A DNA stretch of 48,005 bases from Neovahlkampfia damariscottae (Eukaryota): NCBI GenBank assembly GCA_016618085.1, contig JABLTG010000017.1, forward strand, positions 124,001 through 172,005, in the 5' to 3' direction. Positions 13,259 through 26,868 of this stretch are shown here, one piece after another. Position numbers and translations under genes: made by a program. A model generated the notes under the pieces. It was not told the origin of the DNA and searched no databases. It saw only the letters and a program-made list of their open reading frames with translations. The number at the start of each line of letters is the position of its first letter. Positions within the stretch are counted from its first letter, which is position 1.

Positions 13259-13641
13259 TTAATTGTCTTGGTTATATTTGTATCCGCATTGTTCACACTC
13301 ATAAAAAACTGTTGAACCTTCATCTACAGATCTTAATTGTAAAGTAAAGAATGTCATTTCGTGATAATTGCATTTTGGACAAGTTTCTTCAATTGTTGCT
13401 TTAGATTCATCTTTGGATTTTTGAAAAACTCTTCCACTCTTTTCATATGAAATTTCTGAAGTGAACAAAACAACTTCTAAAATTTGAAAGTGGTTAATTT
13501 TTTTTGTAATGAGAAATTACTCTTTTTTGTGAATTCATTTACTGTTTTACAATATTCACATGATACTTTAATTAAATCACTTTTAGAAGTGTCTTCAAAA
13601 TCTAAAAAGTTTTGACAACATTCACAAAACAAACAATCCAT
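13259..13641 (-). CDS. RPA12: RNA polymerase I subunit RPA12 (2 exons)
   Basis: N-terminal Zn ribbon FCECCQNFL..CEYC from ATG 13641. C-terminal TFIIS-like ribbon ATIEETCPKC..TLQLRSVDEGSTVFYECEQCGY. Confidence 0.9.
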
Positions 13642-13710
13642 TTCTTATTGTAAAAAATCTACAAATTTGTTGGTTGGTAATGTTCCACCAATAAACTACC
13701 ACAAAACTCA

Positions 13711-14016
13711 ATGCACAAACTGGTGGAAGAATTAAACAAAGAATTTGATGATTGTTTATCAGATGTGTTATCAGGAAATCAAAAATCAAAAGAAAATAAT
13801 TTTTTTAAAAAACTTGATGAAATTGAAAATTTACTCAACAAAGAAACATCAAATGAAGTAAAACAAAAAAAAAAAAAAACTGAAACAAAAAAGTCAATTG
13901 ACAAAATAGAAAATGATATTAAATTAAAAACTGAATTAATACAAAAACATAAAAACATTATTCAATATTGTAAATCAGAAATCAAAGATTATTTAACAAA
14001 AATGGGTGAAAATTAA
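13711..14016 (+). CDS. Mediator subunit 28-like small coiled-coil protein
   Basis: LVEELNKEFDDCL and NDIKLKTELIQKH resemble MED28 LVDELESSFEACF and NELQRKDALVQKH. Probably contains a stop-free in-frame 36-nt intron (~13858-13893). Confidence 0.5.
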   Translation: MHKLVEELNKEFDDCLSDVLSGNQKSKENNFFKKLDEIENLLNKETSNEVKQKKKKTETKKSIDKIENDIKLKTELIQKHKNIIQYCKSEIKDYLTKMGEN

Positions 14017-14031
14017 AAGTTCAAACTATTT

Positions 14032-15269
14032 TTATGCAAAATTTATTTCATTTATAATTTTATTCGGTACTCTATGAACTAAAACTCTACCATCATAAGA
14101 AACAGTTGAAAAAATCCAACTTGTACAGTGTGACCATGCAATTGAATAAACAGATTCTTCATGTTCATCAATACTCTCAATCAAACCATCTTTTCGAAGT
14201 CTAAGAAAGAATTTAACTATTTTTTTTAATTTTACAATTCAGAAACTTCTTCATCCATTCCTTCATTTTTTTGTGCTTCTTTGAAACAAATAGAAGGTAA
14301 GTACCATAAATTAACAATTGAATCAGTTGAGGAAGTGATCAACATTTCATCATGAACACTATTATATTTTATATTTGTGATCCAATGTGAGTGTCCATGC
14401 AAAACTTTCAATGGATCTGTTGTTTTTCTCACATCAAAAATTTTAACTTTTCCTTCATGACCTCCTGAACATAATTGATATGGATTATAAGGATTATACT
14501 CTAAACATGAAACTACACCATCATGTGCTTCTTTTGCACATACTGAAGTCCTTAAATAGTGAGTAAAATGTGCTATAAACTTACTTGTTTGTTTTTAAGT
14601 CAATCATTTCAATATTTTTACCACAGGCAACTGCAACTGTATCTAAATGATGTGGATCCCATTTTGCTGAATTTACTTTTGAATCAAATTTATATTCAGA
14701 CAATGACTTAAAAGTGAAAAAAAATTAATTTTTTTTTTGTACCTTTGATTCATTCTTTTGTGAATTGAAATTCCATTCTTTCACATATTTAGTATCTACG
14801 GTTATAACTCTATCTTCAATATTGGTGACATCAAATTGATACAAAGAAGGATGCCAAAGTACTGTATGAAGTCGTTCTTCAAATCCTGATAATTCAATTT
14901 GTTGTTTCAAAGCAACTGATTCTTCTTCTTCTGGCATTTTCCAAAGAGTTGTTTTGAACTAAAGAATATAAGAATTTTTTTGTCGTTTTTTTTTTTTACT
15001 TCATTTCCGTCGTTATGAATACTCCAAAATAAACTTTGATCAATTGGACTTGGAGATAAGCTCCAAATTTCATTTTCATGAGGAAATATTTTTATACACC
15101 AAATGTTCTTCGAATCTTCAAGGTAATCGATTAAATGAACTTCATTATTTGAATTAAAACTGTGTGAACCAACAAGAAATCTATGATGATCTACATCAGC
15201 TGAAACTGAAGCTATACTCCTTGATTTATTTATAATTTGACCATAAACAGCTGCTTCATAATTAGACAT
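14032..15269 (-). CDS. EIPR1: EARP/GARP-interacting WD40 protein (EIPR1/TSSC1, plant DWA2 family), multi-exon
   Basis: YG..SRSIASVSADVDHHRFLVGS..NEVHLIDY..HENEIWSLSPSP, GHSHWITNIKYNSVHDEMLITSSTDSIVNLW and last exon DEHEESVYSIAWS..WIFSTVSYDGRV, ending at TAA 14032-14034. Confidence 0.85.
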
Positions 15270-15385
15270 TTTTTGGAAGAGATTTTTGTTGTTTGTGTTT
15301 TTTTTCCGAAGAACAAAAATTTGGTTGGACGAAAAAAAAAGAAAACATCCATTAAATTGTTTTTTTTTTTGAATTTCTTTTTATT

Positions 15386-16245
15386 TTATAAATGATCAAT
15401 AAGATCAGCTGGAATATTCCATTCACGACCAAAAGTTGATTTGAATGATTTACAAACTGCAAGAGCATCTTGATTGCCTTTAAAAAATACATCAAGAAAT
15501 TGTTGTGCTTTAGGATTATAAGGTACTTGAGGAAATCTTCCTTTGAGGAATGATCTTATAGTTTGTCCAATTTTAAATTTCTTTCCTTGATTCGCCGTTT
15601 TATAAGTTGCTCTGAATTTCATAACTGTTCTGCGACAAGCTAAAGTATTATCCATTGAAAATAATCTTCTTCCAGTTGCACAAACTTGATTAACAGCTTC
15701 TTTTGAAAAAACTCTTGGTACAAATTTTCTAATTTCTAGGAGATTCACTTCTGCGTAAGATTCATGCAAGTAATTAACAAATCTTGATTTTGTTCTTTCT
15801 ATAATTACTTTTGATAAAAGTGGTGGGTATTCTTAAACAAAACAGTTAAAAAAAAATTATGAAAAATAAAACCTCTGAATTTTGCAATTCTGTCTCCACA
15901 GGTTGAACCAATATTGATATTTTCAACAACACGACCAAGAGCTGCATAGGTTGGTAAGGTAATAACTGCTGTAAGAAAATTATCACCGAATGTTGTTCTG
16001 GCTTCACTACAAACACGTGAACTAGGAAGTTTTAAAGCATTTACATAAAATCTTCTGATTGCAACTGCTGGAATTGATGGAAATTGTGCTGAAATTTCTC
16101 TAGTAGCATACATAACATTAGAAATCTTATCCTTTAACACTTTCTGCTTTGCAACAAAATTATCAACGTAAGTTGTGCATGTATTTTCTGTGGCCATTGA
16201 AAAACCAATGAATGCTAAAATAAATAAAGTTTGAAACACTTTCAT
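15386..16245 (-). CDS. Secreted hypothetical protein with an internal two-fold repeat (2 exons)
   Basis: Signal peptide MKVFQTLFILAFIGFSMA. ORFs 15805..16245 and 15386..15769 flank a GT..AG segment. The halves are similar: IRRFY..VC..R..F / IRKFV..VC..R..F and C..RIAKFR / C..TVMKFR. Confidence 0.6.
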
Positions 16246-16295
16246 CTTCCAAAATTTGTGAGTAAGTTTTGATTGGACAAGAATATAAAATCTTT

Positions 16296-18369
16296 TTATT
16301 GATTCTTCAAAATTCTTTCAGAAACAACAAATATATCAGTATCCTTTAAATCAATTTTGATTAAGATAATCTCTAAATCCATCCAAAGTTGTTGTTGTTG
16401 ACTAATTTTACCAGGAACATGTGATTGAATTGGTTCTTCAATCATCAATCGATCATCTTGTGATAATTCTTCATGTATTTTAATGTAATAATCAATTTCT
16501 TTATCCATATTGATATTTCTAAAATTCATCCACAAAATACATGCTTCGACATATTTCCTTTTTTGAATGAATAACAACGTCAAATTAAAGATGATTTGTA
16601 AATTATGATATGGAAATTCATTTGCTTTTTCAAGATATTCTATTGCTTCATCGATATTATTTTGACATATTGATATGATTGACATGTTATTGTATGCAAT
16701 AGATAATAAATATTCATCATTTTGTTTTTCTAAAATTTTGATTGTATCATTTAAACTCGATGAAGCTTTATCAATATTTTCAAGACACAAAAGAGCATCT
16801 ACCTGATGGAATTTAACAATATTCTGATGATTTTAAAAAAATTATTTCTTACGTCATCTGGATATGTGATTAGAATTTGATTTGTCAATTCTAGGGCTTT
16901 CTCATATTCATGTGAATTCAACAAAGCTTCAATGTACTCCCTATATATTCTAATTGGTGAATTAATCAATTTTCCTTGATGAAGTGTTGTCACATTTTCT
17001 GATTCCATGATTCTATCTAACAAGTATTTATATGCAGAGATTGAAAATTGAAAATTCTTTTGGCGTAATGATAAATTTGCAATTTGATACAAAATTTCAT
17101 CTTTTGAAAAAGATACGTCAATTTGTGAAAATAATTCTTTTTCAAATTTTGGTAATTCTTCCAGTTGATTTTTTCTCAAAATTTTATGTAAAAGTTCTAA
17201 AATTTTTTGTTGTGAAAAATCATCACCAAGATGTTCAAATTGTGAAGAAATATTATAAGTTCCAATAATGTTGGTCTGATTACCAAAATGAAGTGATTTG
17301 TTAAAAAAATTCAGTGCTTCTTCAAAATTATTCTTTTTCAAAAAATTTAAGAATAGAAAATAGAATTACTTGCTTCACATAAATACAACCAATCATATTA
17401 AATGACTCATTCATTAAAAAATCATTCATCTTTAAAATCTGATTAAATTTTGATTTAGATTCATCCAATTGATTTTTATCATATAGAAATGATCCACAAA
17501 TGAACAGAATTAAAGATGAATTTGGAATATAATCAATAGATCTATAGATATAATCCAAATGAATATCATTACTCATCAATTTGTGAGCAATTGCTAAAAG
17601 TAGATTATTGATTCCTTTTGAATGTTTTGATTCGTCAGATATCTCTTCAAGTTGTAAATCACTTTCTAGTAATGTTATTGCTTCTTGGTATTCTTCTTTT
17701 TTTATAAAATTTAAACCAAAAATATTCATAATTTTCGAAATCATGACACAAAGAATTTTCATTGAATTTTTTGTTTCAAAATTTTGAGTTTTCTGAAGAA
17801 ATGACAAAATTTCTTGCTTCAAATACTTCATTTTCTTTGATAATGAAAATTCTATTTTTGATTTTTTATTTGGATTTTCTTCTTTTTGTTGGAATATTTG
17901 GGTTTTATAAAAATTAAAATTCTCAACAAATAAAAGTTTTTCAAAAATTAAATCGATTAACCTTGAGTAGTTATATTCATCTTGTTGTTTTAAAATTCCT
18001 TGTTTTTGAAAATTCATTAAACTTTCGTTCATAATTAAACAAGAAAAAGTATAAAAGCTTTTTTGATCAGCAATCTCCTCAACTGCATTTTTTAATAAAT
18101 TTAATTGAAAAACCTTGGATTATATTATAAATTTGTTCAATTAAATTCTGAAAAGATACTGTTGTTTCAAGTTTTAGTTTACAGATCAATTTGTTATTTT
18201 CCAAACTGACAAATTCCAAACTGTTTTCTTTAATTTTTTGTTGTTGTTTTTCAATTTCTTCAATACATTTACTAAAATTTCTTATTTTGAAAAATGTTTC
18301 TGATGAAGAATTTTCTTGTCTTTTCTTTGATATCATTGGTTTAGAATGAGTTACCCAATCAACTGTCAT
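16296..18369 (-). CDS. Tetratricopeptide-repeat protein, multi-exon (start ATG 18369 or 18336)
   Basis: TPR-like units such as SFNMIGCIYVKQ-NNFEEALNFFNKS and AYNNMSIISICQNNIDEAIEYLEKA. Four ORF pieces with short intervening introns. Confidence 0.7.
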
Positions 18370-18379
18370 AACGGATAAA

Positions 18380-20831
18380 ATGTTTGGTAGCAAGACGTTT
18401 TCTCCAAGGACCTCATTTTCAGAAGAAAGGAGTGATGAAGATGAACAAGAAATTATATTTTCTGGATATATGATGAAAAGAGGTCAAAAATGGAAAAGTT
18501 GGAAAAAACGTTGGTTTGTTTTACGTAGCGATAAATCCTTATCATATTATTCAAAAGAAAAAGATGAAGAACCAAGTGGTACTTTAATTTTGACTGGTTG
18601 TTTGATGACGGATTTAAATACCAACGACGAAGAAGAAATGGCGAAAATCTTTCGAAAACAAGAGAAAGAATTGAAGAAAGGAAAAACAAAAAAAGATTTT
18701 GATGAGGGAGCTAAATATTTAGATACCGCTTTATATGCTTACGGTCAAAACCCAGAAGCTTATCACGATGACATTTCAACTACAACTTCTTTAGTAAATA
18801 GTTTTAAAGGTTTAGATATCATAGATAAACGATTTTATCGAATTGGAATAACATGTCCTGTTTCATTTAGTGGAAATGAAAGACAAGAAATGAGATCTTT
18901 TCCATTTGATTGTATGGACTTAGAAAATCATCAAAAATGGTTAAAACATTTAAAATCTGTAATGGAAGAAGAAAAAGAGAAAATTGTAATTTTAGAACAT
19001 CATTTTTTATATGATTCTGTAAAAAAATATTTCGACTTTTTTGAAGTTTGTGAAAAAAAAAAAAAATTAAAATTTTCAAGACATTACTGGAAACACCTTC
19101 TCAAATAGTGGTTCATTTATTTGAATCTTTTGATATAAATTATTTGACAGATTCAGAGGTTCTATCTATCATAATGCTGTTTGATTCATTCAAGGAAATG
19201 GGTGCACTCGAATTATGTCTTCAAGCGATTTCTTATGAAGTTCAAAATACATGTAAGAAAAATACAATGTTAAAATTTTTAAAAAGTGACAGCAGAGACT
19301 TTATTTAGAAGAAATAGTATAGCTTCTAAACTTTTTACTCTTAATTTAAAATTAAACGCTTTGAATTATGTTCATTCAATTATTAAAGAATTTATACTAG
19401 ATATAGTACATGAAGAGAAAGATTATGAGTTAGATGAATCTAAAATGGATATTAGTATTGAAAATAAGAAAGAAATAGTAGAACAACATGGAAAAGAATT
19501 AGAAACTCTGCTGGAAAAATTAATGAGAAAAATATTAGAATCAAAAGAAAGATGTCCTCAAAATTTAAGAAGATTATTTGCACATACAAGAAAATGTTCC
19601 GAAAAATTTGAAGGAATGGAGTTGAAATTGATTGGCGGAGTTTTTTTTTTAAGACTTTTAAATCCAGGATTTATAGCACCAGAGAATTATGGAATTTTGT
19701 CAGAAAAACCAAATAGAACAGTTTCAAGAACATTAATGCTGATAACTAAAGTTTTACAAAATATTTCAAATAAGGTTTCAATGTCAATGAAAGAACCTTT
19801 TATGAGTTGTATGAAAGATTTTACAGAAACCAAAATTGAACCAATTTATCAATTTTTAGATGAAATATCAGATTCAAAGAATGTTGATCAATTTAAAATT
19901 GAAAGTAAAACATTTACAAGACAATCATCTTCTGTTGGAAAAATTAGTAAAATTTTGAAAAAAAGAAAAACATCAATAAGAGATGGTCAACATGAAAGTT
20001 CAATAACTATATCAGAAGAAATGAAATTGAAATGTTTTCATACTCTCCATAAACTATTTAACTCAATTTATGAAAAAAATGCGTTTAAAGTTCCTGAAGT
20101 AAGTATCAATTAATTCTTAATAAAAAATAGCATTTAGATGAAAAAGAGGTGACTGCAGTTTATAAAAAACTTTTAGAACCATTAGAAATTTATTCTGAAA
20201 AAAAAGAAAAAAATGATAATTCAAACATTACAAATTTTTCAAGATGGTCAACTAATTTATCAAAAGATGATATTTTATCATTTACAAAAGATGCAGTTGT
20301 TAATATCATTACACATTTCAAACAGAAAAATTCAAGTTTTGTTTCAAAGAATGTTAATGATTTTGGTAATGAAAAACAAAATGAAAGTATTGGTAAAATA
20401 GTCAAGAATCAACTTGTTTGTTGTTTATTTTCATATTTCTCTTTGGGTTTGAAAACTAATAAAACTGTTTGGGATTCTATTTGTCAAAGTACAAAAAAAA
20501 TAAATGGAATTCAAATGATTGTAAAAAATATAGATGGACAGAAAATTGTTGGTGATTTTGTTGATGAAATTAAATTCACAATGTTAATTTGTGAATGTTT
20601 AAAGTTTGAAAATCTTAATTTAATCTCTTTAGTCAAAGTTGTTTGTTAAAACTTTTTCAAGAGTTGAATTTTGAAAATTGTAAATCAATTTATGAAAAAG
20701 ATGCTGTTTCACCTTTATATTTAAGAGAATCACATCAGATTCATATAATCAAATTTTTAGAATTTCTTTCTTTTGTTCCGATAAAATTTAGTTTACTTTC
20801 AAATCCAAGAAATTGTGAAATTAAAAAATAA
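18380..20831 (+). CDS. PH domain + RasGAP + probable RUN-like C-terminus, multi-exon
   Basis: PH: SGYMMKRGQKWKSWKKRWFVL..LSYY..W. RasGAP: TLFRRNSIASK (Arg finger), GGVFFLRLLNPGFIAP, LMLITKVLQNISN. Confidence 0.85.
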
Positions 20832-20835
20832 ATTT

Positions 20836-22831
20836 TTAAACATCTTCTTTTTTTGAATCTTCTTGGTTCGTTTGATTCATTTCAACTTGTTCAATTGGAA
20901 TTTCTTTTGTTTCTTTTTCAGTTTTGTTTTCTTTAATTTCTTCTACAATATTTACTATTGTCTGTTCACCATTTTCTTTGATATCTTGTTGTAATTCTTT
21001 CTCAATCTTTTGTTGAAGATTTTCAAGTGTGACATCTTCTTCATTTTTATTTTCAAGTTTCAAACTATTCAACTTTTCATTTTCTTCCAATAGTTTTTCT
21101 GTAATATTTGGAAATATTTTCAAAAGTGTAATAAACACTTTTTGAATTGCATTGATATCTTGAATTTGTCTCATTTCATCATCTTTTGGTGAAAGTGTTC
21201 CAACACCAAAAACAACAGCCAAATTTTCTGCATTCATTTTATTTTCTTCTTTTCTAAGCTCAATAGCTTTACATAATTTCAACAATGCAAATAATAAATC
21301 TTGATGACATTTTGGAATTTCTGAGACTAATTTTCTAAAAAGTGAATGTTTTTCTTGTTCATTATCTAATCCAACAGCTTTTATAAAATCATCATATTTT
21401 TCAAATGTTAAAAGAGGAGTAGGTAAATTTCTCATCCATTGTTTGAATAAAGAAGCAATATCATGAACACCATCTTCTAATAATTTCCCAGATGGAAATG
21501 GTACAAAAAGACCTTGATCACATAATTCAGCCCATTGATCTCTAAAATCTTTTAAACCTGCAATTCTAAAAATGCCAACATAATTTGGACCATGTATTTC
21601 AAGAAAATCTTTGAAAAAAATATTAACCAATTAAAATATAAATTACCAATCATTTCTTTAATTTGTTTTGGTATATCTTCAGTTTCATGTCTTCTCAACA
21701 TGATTGTTGATAATTCAGTTTCATATAAAGGTATTTTTAAAGGAACCAATGGTTCAATTTTATCAAAATCAATGATAAATTCAATTGAACCAATATTACC
21801 TTCTTCTGTTGGAACAATAGGCTTAAAATATTTTCTACCAGGTTCAATTTCAAATGATGTTACGCATATACTTCCCATTACTTTTTCTTTTGTTGAATCA
21901 ATTAAATCTAAATTGATTTCTTCAATAATTTCATCTCCACCAGGTGTATTAAATGAAAATTGTTCATCATAAACTGGATGTAATTCTTTTACTTGTTTAG
22001 TTTGATATTTTTCCAATCCAAGTCTAACTTCTATTTTGGAGTCATAAGTTGACAAATCTTTATCTTTAACACGATGCCCTTGAACTATTCTAACATTCAA
22101 TTTTAAAGGTCTTTGTATCTTATCAAGAATTAAATGTTGTTTGTAAAAATTTTCAGCAGGTTTTCCTAAAATGGTAAAAGTTAAATTTTTTTACCTAGAG
22201 GTGTATAAACAGAATCAATGTTCCAATTGACAGAATCATAGTATAAATGTAAAACTTTCCAATTTGGATAACTTTTTTCTGGAGCATCAAATTTACATTG
22301 TAACAAAACTTTTTTTGTTTCTGGATCATAGACTGAAGCAATCACTTTTTCAAATGGTTTAATAATAATTCCTGGTTCTCCTTCAATATGAATCAAAGTA
22401 TGAGGTAAAGTATTTCCTTTTAATTTTATCAAAGCTTGTTGTTGTTCTTTTTTTCCATCAATTAACCAAGTTTCATTTTTTAAAGTACATATATGATGAT
22501 CCATGTTATGTTTATCAACTTTCATTATTGGTTGCATTAATGAATCATAACCGAGTATAACAAAACTAAATTTTGATTTTTTCATGACTTGTAAACCAAT
22601 GGCTAAAGTTTTCGATTCTTGAAGTTTGACTGTTGTCACTGAGGTGTCTTCTTCTATAATTTCTTTCTGTTTTTTGTTTAACAGTGATTTTAGTTTGTTC
22701 GTGAAACTTATTTTTTTGTCCATTTTTGTTGGTGAATCATTGTTTTTTGCTTCTGAGCTTTGTGTATTATCTTTATCTGAAGGTTTCTTTGGAAACTTTA
22801 TCGACAAACGCTTCCTCAAAGAAGTTGACAT
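20836..22831 (-). CDS. C2 domain + RhoGAP protein, multi-exon
   Basis: RhoGAP: GIFRIAG, HDIASLFKQWMRNLPTPLL, NKMNAENLAVVFG. C2-like: VRIVQGH..KDL..YQTKQVKELHPVYDEQFSF. Confidence 0.85.
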
Positions 22832-22981
22832 TTGATTGGATGGATGAACCGACCAGTAAAAAAAGAGCTTTCTTTGCAGGGTTTTTTCCTAAATGTTCTG
22901 AAAACTATGAATTACAAGAAATTCAAAAATAAGACAAATTTCACCAATGGAATATTTTTATGAACAAGACCTTTTTGAGCT

Positions 22982-25260
22982 ATGAACAAGAAACAATTGG
23001 AAGGAAAGATTTATGTATCTCCTATCAAACACTTATTGAATGAAGAAAATGTAATACCACTATTGAACAATATTCTACATCAAGGTAGAATCATCAGAGA
23101 ATTTGATAAACACTTCAGAACTGATGCAAAAAAACTTGTTTTGAAACAAGAAGAAAAATATGAAAATGAAAAAGAAACAAAAAAGAAGTCATAGAAAATT
23201 GTGTAAATCAAATAAAAAAAAGATCCAAATTTGAAAAATGTTCAAAACTACATAACTTCCATTAAGGAGTTACATTTCACTTCAACAAGTCACAAGAAAA
23301 AAATTGAAGAAGTTTCTCAATTCCCAAAGGAAAGGGAAGATATTATAAAAGAGTTCATGGACTACAGAGAAAACCTTTTGGATATTCTTCATCAGCATGG
23401 TATTGAACATCTTCCTTGGCAAATAAGTGAATCTTGTTCAATTGACCCTGATGGAAAACCTGATTCTCAAATTATTGATTTTGGAGGAGCTGTTTATGAC
23501 GAAAATGGGAATAACTTGTATGGAATATATTGTCATTATTGTGGATGTATGGTATTGAAGGAAAATTCTTATTTTTTGTGACAGATTCAAAATGGAGCCA
23601 TTGGTGAAGGTGATGTTAGATACAAAAATTTAGATGAAAGTAGATTGAGTATTTGTGAATTTTGTTTTGATTTGAGAAAAATTGTGAAAGAAAATATTCA
23701 CGCTTCAAGTTTAAAACTAAAGTTTATTATTGTAATGTCACGAATTGTCCAAGAGTCTTAATAGAGTTGAATTTATGTGCACTGATTTTGCTTGTACTTT
23801 CAATAAAATACCAACTGTTGGGATTCATCCATCATGGAAACAACATGATATCAAATATGTAATTAACAACACTCAAATGGAATGCGTTGTCTGTGAAGCA
23901 AATGTGTCTCATAAATTTCTTCATTTGGACACAGATTGTCCATCATTGAAATATTTAGTTATTATAGATCAACATGAAATCAAATCGGATAATGTAAAGA
24001 TAATTAACTATCAAAATTTACTAAAATCTGGTGAAACTCACACTGGATTGAAATTGGATTCTGAACCTGAAACAACAAAGGAAGAAGATGATTGGATATT
24101 TTCGGTTATTTACTCAAGTGGCACAACTGGTGATCCAAAAGGTATCATTGCCAATGCAAATGGATGGAGAGAAGATAATCTTGTTCGTCCAAGATTTATT
24201 TATCCATATTCAATATTGTCTTTAACATCTCTTGCTCATGTATAGAAGATTATCAATTAACTTTTCAGGGAATGGATAGAGGTATGATTTGGCAAGAAAT
24301 TTCGACAGGAGGAAGGATAGCATTTTCCAATGAATACGATATCTTTGAAGATGCAAAAATAATCAATCCTGTTTAGTTGTTTGTATGCCTTATGTTTGGA
24401 ATCGATTATATCCAAAATATATCGAATTATTGAAAGAAAAGACACAAAAAGATTCTTATGAAATTATTTCAAAAAGTTTGGGTTCTAACCTTTTGCAGGT
24501 TTCTACTGGAGGTGCTCCCATTTCACGTGATATATTTGATTTGATGAAAAATTCATTCAATTGTCCTGTTCAAATGAATATGGTACAACAGAAGTTCCGA
24601 GGATATCAAGCAATGGAGTTATCAGAGAATCTGTTCAACTGAAATTAGTAGATGTTACAGAATTGAGTTATACAAATAATGATAAACCTTTTCCAAGATA
24701 TATTCAAAACAACTTTCACATCTTTTAAAAGGGGTGAAATATGGTGTAAGAGTAAAACAATGACATCTGGGTATTATAATTTACCAGAAGAAAACAAAAA
24801 ATCATTTGTTGATGGATATTTTCTGACAAGAGATATTGGAATGATTGATTATGATGGATTACTTCACATTATTGATAGAAAAAAGAATGTTATCGAGTTG
24901 TATTTAGATGGACAGAGTTTTTGGGTGCCAATTTCTGATATTGAATCAAAATTTATTGAATGCGAAAAGATTGAGAAATTGATTATTCATGGACAAAGAT
25001 TATCCAATTATTTAATTGCAATTGTGATACCAAAAGAAGAAAACATAAAAAATGGTAATCTAGGAATTGAAATATTAAAGGATTTCTCAAAAATTCAAGA
25101 AAAATATGACCTGAAAGATTATCAAACTCCACAGAAAATTATCGTTGAAAACTCAAAATGGACAATTGAAAATGGAAAAGTGACTCAAAGTGGCAAATTA
25201 AAAAGAGGTGCAATTATAAAAGATAAAATGAATGAGATTGAATTGATTTACACAAAATAA
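22982..25260 (+). pseudogene. Disrupted long-chain acyl-CoA synthetase / AMP-dependent ligase with an N-terminal ZZ-like Cys cluster
   Basis: AMP-binding IYSSGTTGDPKG, LAH, TGGAP, YGTTE, DKPFPRGEI, GYY and IIDRKKN. Needs 1-nt frameshifts at ~24371 and ~24570 and an AT..AG intron at 24698-24731. The 5' part has in-frame stops (23192-23214). Confidence 0.75.
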
Positions 25261-25284
25261 AAAATTCAACACGTATCAAAATTT

Positions 25285-26799
25285 TTATTGTTTTTCAAGT
25301 TCACCTTTTTCATGTCCGTATAATTTTGCAATTCCTCCTCTCCCTTGTTCAATTTTTGCTGTCTCTGTTTCTCCTATACTACTGTCCAATCCTTTATATG
25401 ATCTTTTTTCAAGAAGACTCAATGAATCTTTTACTTCAACCAATGAGCTTGATGATTGAAACAACTGACGATCATCTGAAAGTTGTGGTTCATTTGTTGA
25501 ATAAACATTCTTTTTTAAACCTCCTGATATCAATGAATATCGTGTTTCTTCCTCTTCAATAACAGTTTCATCTTTTGTTGCTTTGTTAAGAATTGAATTG
25601 AAATTTGTGGCATAACTGCCATCCCATTCTTTTCCTCTTTCAAGTGCTAATTGTAATTCAAATGGTGTGACAATTGATTTCATGTACAACTTTGAATCAA
25701 TGATAGAATTTCTTCCACATCCAATCAAACAGTAAACATCTATTTCTGAGAAATTTGCCAACTTTGGTTCATTCAATTTACCAATAATAAACACATAAGG
25801 TTTCTTTTGTCTCATTTTTATTAATTTTTTCAAATAATTCAACATTTCCATATATTTATCTGTTCAAAAAAAATGAATAATTTTTCTTCTCCTTACCAAT
25901 ACTAAAGGTTGCAACAATGATTCCAATAATTTCAGCATCTTTTGCTTTTTCAACTAAATAAAATCTTTTCAATAGTAATTTTGATATTTTAGATGATTCC
26001 ATATCACAATTATCAATTAAGTCCTTCTCAGGTGAATATCTGAAAAATTTTGATGTAACTGAAGAACACTCAAGCATAATTTGAGAAAGTAATGTACTAT
26101 CCTCACCAACATATAAAATAGAATATTCTTCTAATTTTCCATCATCCGGAAGAGTGAAGCAAAGTCCTTTAATTTCTTGTTGGTGTTCGATTCCTCCTTT
26201 GTCCAATTTTGGATTTTGATATTTTTTATTTTCGTCAACGTTTGAAATGATCATATTCTCAAACTTTTCTTCTGTTGATTTTTTTTTAAATTTTTCCATC
26301 AAATGAGAATATTCAAAATCAAACAAAATTAAAATTTTTTCATCTTTTTTGAATTGTTTTTCAACAGTCAAAAAACATTTGTCAATATTCAAGTTTAATT
26401 TTTCAAATATATGATAAACAGGTGTTTTTGATATTCTTTTAATGTTAAAAATTTGTTTTGCTTTTACTTTTCAAGACAAGCTTTTCCATAGTGAAGTATA
26501 AAATCAGCATTTATATGTTGAGCTGCAACTTCATCAACACAACAACTACCATAGGATGTATCACCAAGAACATAAAAAATTATATCATCTTTTGAACATT
26601 TTAATTTCAATCTTTGAACAATTTCATTTGAAAATTCTAAATAATCATCTGGAAATTGTAAAGCAATAATTTTGAATGAATTTTCAAGAATAATTTTTGC
26701 AGTTTTTTCTATTTCAAAGGTTTCATCAAAATCTTGAACCTTTTTAGTTTTTCTATGAATCACAACTTCCTGTTCAACTATATTGTCTTGTGTGAACAT
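25285..26799 (-). CDS. DPH2: Diphthamide biosynthesis protein 2 (3 exons)
   Basis: [73 protein letters not shown] and GRGGIAKLY. Confidence 0.92.
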
Positions 26800-26868
26800 T
26801 TTTATTTTTGGAATGGTTTTTTATTGGACCGGAAAATGAAAACAAAAGTAAAAGAGAATTCAAAAAAT

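Noticed and set aside
16296..18369. TPR gene as FANCG because FANCI is nearby
   Set aside because: Only generic TPR features, with no diagnostic similarity that I can verify.
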